Assembly: GCA_963696185.1 (NCBI GenBank)
Contig: OY968825.1
Location: 1,244,412 to 1,308,411 of the forward strand
DNA from: an uncultured Solirubrobacterales bacterium
GTDB lineage: Bacteria > Actinomycetota > Thermoleophilia > Solirubrobacterales > 70-9
Direction of reading: 5' to 3'
Length of the DNA: 64,000 nt
Part shown: piece by piece, positions 19,240 through 29,349 of the stretch
Layout of the letters: each line of letters begins with the position of its first letter
Numbering within the stretch: position 1 is the stretch's first letter
Made by a program: the position numbers and the translations under genes
Notes under the pieces: model-generated
Told to the model about the DNA's origin: nothing
Databases searched by the model: none
The model's input: only the letters and a program-made list of their open reading frames with translations

Positions 19240-20106
19240 TCAGAGGCTCCGTGAGACGAAGGTCTCCGCCACCCCAATCGAAAGCGCGGTGGCGAGACCC
19301 AGGTAGACGATGCCGACGAGCGCCCGGGTGCGGGTGGGAACCGCGTAGTACGCACGGCCCTGCGGCGTCTTGCGGGCCTTCCATCGCCGCCAGCTCTCCA
19401 TCGCGCCGAAGATCAGGATCAGGAGGAGGATCGGGCTCGGGTAGAAGACCGTCAGGGCGACGATCGCCGCCAGCCCGACCAGCCACACCGCCGGGCTGAG
19501 CGCCGCCATCGCCCGGCCGCCGTCGAGTGGGACCACCGGCAGCAGGTTGAAGAGATTGAGGATGAAGCCGATGTAGGCGAGCGCCCGCCAGAAATCGCTG
19601 CCGGTCGCCAGCCAGATCCCGAGTGGGACGAGCGTGGCGATGGTCCCGAGCACCGGGCCCGCGAGTCCGACCCGAGCCTCCGCGGCCGCGTCCCTTCCCA
19701 GCGACTTCGCCGCGATGAACGCGCCGAGGAAGGGAATGAAGAAAGGCGCCGATGCCTTGACCCCTTCGCGGCGCAGCTGGATCACGTGGCCGATCTCGTG
19801 CAGGAAGAGAAGGGCGACCAACCCGACCGCAAAGGGCAGACCGAAGAAGACCGCGTATGCGGCGATCGAGACCAGCATCGAGCCGGAGGTCGTCAGCAGC
19901 TTCAGCTTTGGAAGCAGCAGCAGGAGCGACTTCGCCTTCGCAAGCAGGACGCCCAACGGCACCAGGGCGCGGCCGAGCCGCTTGCGAAGGGGACGGCGAC
20001 CCGAGCCCGGCTGGATCGGCTCATATCGCTCCCGGGCCTGGGGAGGCGAGGGCAGTCCGGTCGGCAGACGCTCGCTGAGCCCCTCGGTCATGCCCATATT
20101 GTCCAC
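19240..20106 (-). CDS. Site-2 protease (peptidase M50) family membrane metalloprotease
   Basis: ORF 19240..20106. HExxH in LFLHEIGHVIQL, multiple TM segments, and NLLPVVPLDGG (the conserved M50 LDG motif). Confidence 0.8.
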   Translation of the reverse strand: MDNMGMTEGLSERLPTGLPSPPQARERYEPIQPGSGRRPLRKRLGRALVPLGVLLAKAKSLLLLLPKLKLLTTSGSMLVSIAAYAVFFGLPFAVGLVALLFLHEIGHVIQLRREGVKASAPFFIPFLGAFIAAKSLGRDAAAEARVGLAGPVLGTIATLVPLGIWLATGSDFWRALAYIGFILNLFNLLPVVPLDGGRAMAALSPAVWLVGLAAIVALTVFYPSPILLLILIFGAMESWRRWKARKTPQGRAYYAVPTRTRALVGIVYLGLATALSIGVAETFVSRSL

Positions 20107-20348
20107 CAGCGAGGTAAACGCAGCCTCAGGCTCGGCGCTCCGCGAGTGCAGTGGCCCAATGCCGACTCGCAGGACGCCTCATTCTCGTCCGGAGGGGGGC
20201 GCGAGCGGTCTGCGCCGACGCTTCTGCCTTGATCCAAGAGCAGCAGCGTCGCGGAGAGTGCCGAGCCGATAACGAAGCAGCAGCCGAGCTTCTGTCCTGG
20301 AGAATCAAGTTCGTTCGGCGTGGCGATGAGCACCGTAGGGTTTCTCAG

Positions 20349-21236
20349 ATGGTCCACTCGGAATTGTCGCCTTCGGCGGGGGCGCTCGAGGAAGTTCGAC
20401 GCCTGGCCGGCTCGTCGGCCGCAATCCAGTCCGTTATGAGACTCGAGGGTGGCCAGCACGCCGACACCTGGAGGGTCGACACTGCAAGCCCTGAGCTCAC
20501 CGTCGTTGTCCGGCAGTTTCCGGCTGGTGATTCAGCCGGCGCTCGCGAGCAGCAGGTGCTGCACGCGCTTGACGGGCTTGAGGGACTGGCCCCGGTGCTG
20601 CTGGGCAGCGACCTGGATGGCCGGTGGGCGGAGTTTCCGACGTCGCTGATCAGCTGGCTTGACGGCCAAGCGGACATCACGCCAACCGATCCCGAGAGAT
20701 GGGCGGCTCAGCTCGGTCAAGCACTCGCCACAGTGCACGCGGTCCCCAGTGATCGCCTCGCCGCCTTGCCGAGCGTGTTCGACCGCAGTGGCGGATCACA
20801 AAAGGTGTTGGCGGGCCCACTCGCGACGAGGATCCGGTCTGGCTGGAGGCAGATCACCGCCTCGGTGTCGGTGCTCACCCATTACGACTACTGGTCAGGC
20901 AACGTCGTCTGGCGAGACGGAAAGATCACAGGCATCGTCGACTGGTCAGGCGCGGCTCGCGGTCCACGCGGCTTCGACGTGGGCTGGTGCCGTCTTGATC
21001 TCGTCCTCCTCTTCGATGAGCGCATCGCCGACGTGTTCCTGGCGGCCTACGAGGATGGGATCGGTCGCACGATCGCCGACATGGCTCTCTGGGATGGCTG
21101 GGCCGTCGCGCGCTCGCACGATGCGGTCGAAACCTGGGCTCCGAACTACACGCCGCTCGGGCGCGCTGACCTCACCGGACAGGAGCTTCGACGACGCCAC
21201 TCGCGATGGACAGCGCGTCTTCTGGAACGGACGTAG
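20349..21236 (+). CDS. Aminoglycoside/choline-kinase-like phosphotransferase (APH family)
   Basis: ORF 20151..21236. I prefer the ATG at 20349 (MVHSELSPSAG...). Kinase-like motifs VLTHYDYWSGNVVW (HxDxxxxN) and GIVDWSGAARGPRGFDVGW (DW...D). Confidence 0.7.
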   Translation: MVHSELSPSAGALEEVRRLAGSSAAIQSVMRLEGGQHADTWRVDTASPELTVVVRQFPAGDSAGAREQQVLHALDGLEGLAPVLLGSDLDGRWAEFPTSLISWLDGQADITPTDPERWAAQLGQALATVHAVPSDRLAALPSVFDRSGGSQKVLAGPLATRIRSGWRQITASVSVLTHYDYWSGNVVWRDGKITGIVDWSGAARGPRGFDVGWCRLDLVLLFDERIADVFLAAYEDGIGRTIADMALWDGWAVARSHDAVETWAPNYTPLGRADLTGQELRRRHSRWTARLLERT

Positions 21237-21619
21237 ACAGCCCCGGAATTGGGGCGGAGCTGCTCGAAGCCCCACTCGTCCATGCCGACCTCCCGGCGGC
21301 GGCCGCCCTTGCCGTGGCGGACGAGGATGGAGCCACGGTGCGGGTTCAGCATCGCGACGAGCGCTAGGCGCTTGTTGGCGTCGATGAACGGCTGGCTCTC
21401 GGCGATGCCGTGCGCCAGGACGGCGGCCTGCAACGCGAGATCAGCGTCTTCGTAGTCGGCGTAGCTGCGCGGCCGGCCGAGAGCGCCCTCGAGGGCGCTC
21501 TGGTCGCGAAGCTGATCGGCCGCCTGCGCGGGCGTGCCACCGATGATCGCCGCATAGAGCTGGAGCGCATCGACGAGCTCGAGGTAGATCGGCTCGCCCG
21601 TGCCTTCCCCCTCGTGCAT
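21146..21619 (-). pseudogene. Fic/Doc (death-on-curing) toxin, C-terminally truncated and read through into a recombinase fragment
   Basis: In ORF 21146..21619, residues 1-91 are Doc-like (LRDQSALEGALGRPRSYADYEDADLALQAAVLAHGIAESQPFIDANKRLALVAML). After nt 21347 the sequence switches to NPHRGSILVRHGKGGRRREVGMDEWGFEQL, then to Arg-rich read-through. Confidence 0.7.
21242..21346 (-). mobile_element. Fragment (~35 codons) of a tyrosine recombinase/integrase gene
   Basis: GSILVRHGKGGRRREVGMDEWGFEQL matches the conserved xGKGGKxRxV strand-turn of the XerC/D or phage-integrase catalytic domain. No other part of the gene is present. Confidence 0.55.
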
Positions 21620-21626
21620 CTGCGGT

Positions 21627-21881
21627 CTACTTTGGAGCGCGCTTGGAGCCGGGGTCGTGCTCGGCGAGGATCTTCAATGCCTCCGGGTGCTCGGCGACCA
21701 CGCGCTCGCCGATCGTGCGGATCCTCTCCCGCACCTGCTCGGTTGGCAGGATCCGAAGCTCGCCGCCGTCGAGCTCCTCGACGAGCACGGACGTGCCCGG
21801 GGCATAGCCGTGCGCCTCGAGCTCGCGGGGGATCGAAACCACGTTGCTGTTGCCGACGCGACGGACTTTGACGATCTTCAT
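21627..21881 (-). CDS. AbrB/MazE/SpoVT-fold antitoxin, partner of the Doc gene
   Basis: ORF 21627..22049. I prefer the ATG at the complement of 21879-21881: MKIVKVRRVGNSNVVSIPRELEAHGYAPGTSVLVEELDGGELRILP (SpoVT/AbrB swapped-hairpin motif). Its stop is 8 nt before the Doc start. A TATATAC box lies just upstream. Confidence 0.75.
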   Translation of the reverse strand: MKIVKVRRVGNSNVVSIPRELEAHGYAPGTSVLVEELDGGELRILPTEQVRERIRTIGERVVAEHPEALKILAEHDPGSKRAPK

Positions 21882-22081
21882 GGCATCAGTATATACGCGG
21901 ATATCCCGAGAGTTCGGTGCCAGACGCGCGGCTCCCGGATCCGCTAGGCGGAGCGAGAGTCCCAGGTCCAAGCCTGGGCCCGAGGCCCAGATATGAGTGC
22001 ATGTCGTCCAGAGCAGGCACGTGAGCGGCGTCCGCCTACACGCTTGCAACTACGCGAAGGCAGGTGACAGGACGTTTGCCT

Positions 22082-22127
22082 GGTCGAACGTGCTCTTCTC
22101 TGAGCCGGGTTTCGTTGTAGACACAAG
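22082..22127 (+). repeat. 46-bp direct repeat, copy 1 (downstream flank of the AIPR gene)
   Basis: GGTCGAACGTGCTCTTCTCTGAGCCGGGTTTCGTTGTAGACACAAG. It is 43/46 identical to 24041-24086 in the same orientation, by my alignment. Confidence 0.85.
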
Positions 22128-22185
22128 ACAAGAGCTGGCCAAGGGCCCGCCCGGTCCGTGAAACGGCATGCGCGGAACGATCTAC

Positions 22186-23949
22186 CTAGGCTGCGACATC
22201 GACCTTTTTCGCGAACGCCGCATACTTTTTCCGGTTCGCATCCACTGTTGCCTCAACCATCGACCGGAATTTCTCCAGCGCGGCCTTCACGTTCTCGGCG
22301 TTCTTCAAGCCGAGATCCGTCGCCTCCAACAGTTGGTTCGAAAACGGCAACGCAGAATCCACAATAGGCATCCATGCATCCGCCGCGTCTTTTGGCGACA
22401 AATTTTCTTTGAACCGCAGTGCCATTCGATCCGCGACGGGTCGGTCAAGAAAGGTCTCGATGCTGTCAGAGATAGCAGCGACCATGAGACTGATCGACCC
22501 CCGACGCCGGAAGAAGTCCATATGACTTTTCTGCGTCGTCGTTCTGGCATCTTCGTCGATGTCTGAGAGCCGCTTTTTCGCCTGCTCAAGCGCACGCTGT
22601 AGTGCGAAACAAAGCACAACATGTCGCGCGGTCAGACGGTCCTCAAAGAAGCGCGAATAGACCGCATCACTTTCCCAGATCCGCCGCGTCTCGTTGTACG
22701 CCAAGTTGGGTTCGAGGCGGAAAGCCGCTAGTGCCTTCGCTACCGCCGAATCAGGCAGCCGATTCACCGAGCGCGTTATCGCGTCCTGTACTCCGCCTCG
22801 ACGTGCTCCTCGATAGTCGGCATCAGGGACGGACTGGAATTCCGTCCGCAGCTGCTCTTGAACGGTGTCCTTACTTCTAAAGTCAGCCGCCTCAATCTTG
22901 TTCTGCGTGTTGTTGTATTTGATTATCTCGCCTAGAACCTCAGGATCCGAGCATTTGACAAAACGGGTCAAGACGCGGGTTTGATTCAGGTCCGGCGCGT
23001 CGTCGTCGGTCATGGTCGCGATAGATCCTGTCGTCTGACCTCCATTGACGATCCCGAGTCCTGTGATTGCGAGCTTGTAGTCGCCATCCCCTTGGGGCCC
23101 GTCGACCTCGAAGTCATGCACCAGGATGGTGATGCCGTTGTTATAAATCCAAAAACGCCCGGGAGTCTCCGCTGCCGTCGTCTTGATTCCGTTGTTGATA
23201 TTCCGCTCTGATCGGACGACCCCTAGGTAGTCGCGCACATTCGGCGCCATCAGATCCCGGTTGTAGGCCTCCCACTGTTCCCGCAGCCAAGTACCGGGAA
23301 CGGACGTCGTATAGGCACTCCACTCAGCATTGTGACTTTCAAATCCACCCTCGACGGTTAACTCGAGCCGATCAGGGACGGCGATCGGTGCCTCTGTCCG
23401 TTCGTACCACTTCTCCAGTGTCTCCAACCCAACCTCAAGCGCCGATACCTCAATCTCAGCAGTCGGGAAATACCGCTTGATCAGACCATCTGTTGTACGC
23501 GCTGCTTGATCAAGCTCTGTTTTCACGTTCTGTGACTCAGGCGCATTGTGGCAGTACCAGAGATGAACCTCCCGAATTTGATCTTCCGCTATGGCGTCTC
23601 TCAACTCCGTGGCTGCCGACGTCAAGACTTCCGGGAGGCCCACCAAATCTCCGCTGAACACCCACCCCGCTGCGGTGTTCAAGTCGCTCGCCTTGCTCTC
23701 TGGGGCGGCTTTCGGATTGGCTTTCGATGTGATGTACCCCTGCGCTAACACAATGCGCCCAGCATCTCGGTCCACATACAGCAGATCGCATTTCTTGTCG
23801 TTGGCAGCGTCAGTGAGACCTTCTGCAGCCACTCCATCGATGTCCGTGATGCCCCATCGCAGCTGCAAGGCGAATAAGAGCAGGCCGTCGTTGCCGTACG
23901 CCTGTAGATCAGGGCGCGTGCTATATGCGGTGATCGCCTTGTTTGCCAT
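22186..23949 (-). CDS. AIPR-family abortive-infection (phage resistance) protein
   Basis: ORF 22186..23973. I prefer the ATG at 23949 (MANKAITAYS...). N-terminal nuclease-like DKKCDLLYVDRDAGRIVLAQGY. AIPR-type core FWIYNNGITIL and GIVNGGQTTGSI. GC is visibly low; one 60-nt line I counted is 52%. Confidence 0.75.
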   Translation of the reverse strand: MANKAITAYSTRPDLQAYGNDGLLLFALQLRWGITDIDGVAAEGLTDAANDKKCDLLYVDRDAGRIVLAQGYITSKANPKAAPESKASDLNTAAGWVFSGDLVGLPEVLTSAATELRDAIAEDQIREVHLWYCHNAPESQNVKTELDQAARTTDGLIKRYFPTAEIEVSALEVGLETLEKWYERTEAPIAVPDRLELTVEGGFESHNAEWSAYTTSVPGTWLREQWEAYNRDLMAPNVRDYLGVVRSERNINNGIKTTAAETPGRFWIYNNGITILVHDFEVDGPQGDGDYKLAITGLGIVNGGQTTGSIATMTDDDAPDLNQTRVLTRFVKCSDPEVLGEIIKYNNTQNKIEAADFRSKDTVQEQLRTEFQSVPDADYRGARRGGVQDAITRSVNRLPDSAVAKALAAFRLEPNLAYNETRRIWESDAVYSRFFEDRLTARHVVLCFALQRALEQAKKRLSDIDEDARTTTQKSHMDFFRRRGSISLMVAAISDSIETFLDRPVADRMALRFKENLSPKDAADAWMPIVDSALPFSNQLLEATDLGLKNAENVKAALEKFRSMVEATVDANRKKYAAFAKKVDVAA

Positions 23950-24040
23950 TCGTCGACCCTCCCTCAGGGGCACCTAACCGTATTCGATCAGGCAAGCGAG
24001 AAGCTCGCAACTCTCAGGGGACATCCCAGATCGTTGGGAT

Positions 24041-24086
24041 GGTCGAACGTGCTCTTCTCTGAGCCGAGTTTCGTTGTAGGCATAAG
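24041..24086 (+). repeat. 46-bp direct repeat, copy 2 (upstream flank of the AIPR gene)
   Basis: GGTCGAACGTGCTCTTCTCTGAGCCGAGTTTCGTTGTAGGCATAAG. See copy 1. Confidence 0.85.
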
Positions 24087-24393
24087 GAAGCTCTAGAGAG
24101 GTTGCGGCCTGTTTCATCCAGGAGTTCAGCCGGGGCTAGGGCCGATCATCACCCCTGGGGCTAGCAGGACTCGAGCCGGGCTGCCTTGCTCTCGGTGGCT
24201 CCCCCTTTGCGCAATTTCCGAGCGCGTCGACTGCCAGCGGCAGACGATCGCAACGGACGATTTGCGAGCGTCTGCTGAGCGTCGGTCCAAACGCCTGCCC
24301 GGCTTGCAGCCGCTGGCGTCGAGGCGTCCTCGCCTGCTGCCGGGAGGATCGCGTCGATCCGCCAGATAGCTGCGCGGACTCCGGGCTGGAGCG

Positions 24394-24801
24394 CTAAACG
24401 GGCATGACCCGTAGGGCTGGGTGCGCCCTGGCGATCTTCTCGTAGTCGCTGTCCTGGCTGACGACGGGGAGACCGTGCTCCACCGCAGTCGCGGCGATCA
24501 GGGCGTCGGTGAGCTTGACGGTGCGGTGGACGCCGGCGGTGCGGCAGTCGGCGACGAGCCGCGCCCAGCTGACCATCACCGCCTCTGAGATCGGGATCGG
24601 ATCGGCAGCCCTGGCCAGCGCCAGCGTCTCGGCGCGGCGGGCACGGGTGGCGTCATCGGCCGCGTTCAGCACGCCGAGCTGGAGCTCGCCGATCGTGACC
24701 ACCGAGACCGCGACGCGATCGGGCAGCTCGCCGAGCGCCCGCCCGTCCTCGCGGGCGATGAAGACCGAGGTGTCGAGCAGCCCGGCGCTTGGCTCGCTCA
24801 A
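24394..24801 (-). CDS. vapC: PIN-domain ribonuclease toxin VapC
   Basis: ORF 24394..24801. Contains LLDTSVFIA (N-terminal acidic PIN motif), TIGELQLGV, LTDALIAATAVEHGLPVVSQDSDY. Overlaps the upstream antitoxin gene by 4 nt. Confidence 0.85.
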   Translation of the reverse strand: MSEPSAGLLDTSVFIAREDGRALGELPDRVAVSVVTIGELQLGVLNAADDATRARRAETLALARAADPIPISEAVMVSWARLVADCRTAGVHRTVKLTDALIAATAVEHGLPVVSQDSDYEKIARAHPALRVMPV

Positions 24802-25040
24802 AGCTCAGAGAGGGTCTGGCCGGCGAGCGCGTCGAGCTCGGCCCGCAGCGAGGGATCGGCGGCCCGCTCGCCCAGCTGCTCACGCAGCTGGGCCCCGGAG
24901 AGCCAGCGGGCCCGCTGGCCGTGGGGCACGATGTCGGCGGTCGGCTCGCCGTTGACGGTCAGGACGACCCGCTCGCCTGCCTTGACGGCGTCGATCACGC
25001 GGGCGGTCCGGTTGCGCAGGTCGCGTACCCCGATCTCCAT
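24798..25040 (-). CDS. Phd/YefM-type type II antitoxin (VapB role)
   Basis: ORF 24798..25040. MEIGVRDLRNRTARVIDAVKAGERVVLTVNGEPTADIVP is a typical Phd/YefM N-terminus. Confidence 0.8.
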   Translation of the reverse strand: MEIGVRDLRNRTARVIDAVKAGERVVLTVNGEPTADIVPHGQRARWLSGAQLREQLGERAADPSLRAELDALAGQTLSEL

Positions 25041-25121
25041 GTGCGACAGCGTAGCATGAGCGGCGCTGACGAGAAAGGCGAGGAGCCCGAATGTATTCGC
25101 CTGGGACCTCGACTGATGACG

Positions 25122-28349
<3,228 letters not shown>

Positions 28350-28419
28350 AGATCCTCGCGCTTTGCTCGCTCCGCGCTCATGAGCAGGTGATTCTAGGAG
28401 CGGGTAGGCTGCGCGCCGC

Positions 28420-29292
28420 GTGCCCGCCTACGACCTGAACGGAAAGGTGGCGCTGGTGACCGGCGCCGCGCGCGGGATCGGCTTCGAGACGGCGCGCCAG
28501 CTGCACATGCGCGGCGCCTCGGTCGCCGTGGTCGATCTCGACGCCACGAGGCGCGCGAGGCGGCCGAGCGGATCGGCGCGCGGGCGATCGGGATCGGCGC
28601 CGACGTCACCGACCAGGCGGCGATCATGGCGGCGGTCGCCGAGACGGTCGAGCGCTTCGGCGGGCTCGACGTCGCCGTCGCCAACGCCGGCATCGCCCAG
28701 GCGACGGTGGCGACCGTGCGCGGCATCCCGGTCGAGGAATGGGAGCGGGTCTTCGAGGTCGACCTGCTCGGCGTCTGGCGCACCGTGCGGGCGGCGCTGC
28801 CGCAGATCGTCGAGCGCCAGGGCCACATCGTCGTCACCTCCTCCGTCTACGCCTTCGCCAACGGCGTCCTCAACAGCCCCTACGCGGTCGCCAAGTCCGG
28901 CGTCGAGTCGCTGGGCCGCGCGCTGCGGGCGGAGCTGACGCCGCTGGGCGCCAGCGCCGGCGTCGCCTACTTCGGCTGGATCGACACGAAGCTGGTCCAG
29001 GACGCCTTCGCGCGGCCGCACGCCGACCTCCTGGAGTCGAACATGCCGGCCTTCCTCCGCAAGCGCCTGCCCCCCGAGCGAGGCCGGCGCGGCGCTCGTG
29101 CGGGGCATCGAGGAACGGGCGCCGCGGACCTTCGCGCCGCGCTGGTGGCGCTACGTCTCGGCCTTCCGCGGCCTCCTCAACCCCCTCCTCGACCGCCGCT
29201 TCGAGCGCGACCCGAAGATGACCGAGACGGTGCGGCAGGTGGAGTCGGCCAGCGACGAGCAGGGCGCCGCCGCAGTCTCCGCCGCGCGTTAG
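28420..29292 (+). pseudogene. Short-chain dehydrogenase/reductase (SDR), apparent frameshifts
   Basis: ORF 28420..28938 (GKVALVTGAARGIGFETARQL; TGxxxGIG). ORF 28626..29318 (NAGIA...VVTSSVYAFANGVLNSPYAVAKSGVESL; catalytic YxxxK). ORF 29098..29292 (C-terminal end). Confidence 0.8.
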
Positions 29293-29308
29293 CCACGAGT
29301 GGACGAGT

Positions 29309-29344
29309 GGTCACTTGAGCACACCATGGTGTGCTCAAGTGACC
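29309..29344. terminator. Perfect 36-bp palindrome between convergent genes (bidirectional terminator or protein-binding site)
   Basis: GGTCACTTGAGCACACCA|TGGTGTGCTCAAGTGACC, read directly. It lies between the SDR stop (29292) and the oxidase stop (29350-29352). Confidence 0.45.
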
Positions 29345-29349
29345 AAACG

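Noticed and set aside
20151-20348. The 66-codon N-terminal extension of the APH-like ORF (start at 20151).
   Set aside because: The extension (MAQCRLAGRLILVRRGARAVCADASALIQ...) looks non-protein-like and would overlap the divergent S2P promoter region. The kinase-like homology begins after the ATG at 20349.
24087-24393. The ~300-bp gap between repeat copy 2 and vapC, as a hidden small gene or ncRNA.
   Set aside because: My translations of several frames on both strands gave nothing recognisable and no ORF of useful length. I saw only a trivial 5-bp stem (CTGCC-AGC-GGCAG). It may be decayed islet DNA, and I cannot support a feature there.
28350-28419. A possible T-box leader upstream of ileS, since some Actinobacteria regulate ileS that way.
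   Set aside because: Only about 70 nt separate the ileS start from the divergent SDR start. That is too short for a T-box, and I could not see a specifier-loop or T-box sequence.
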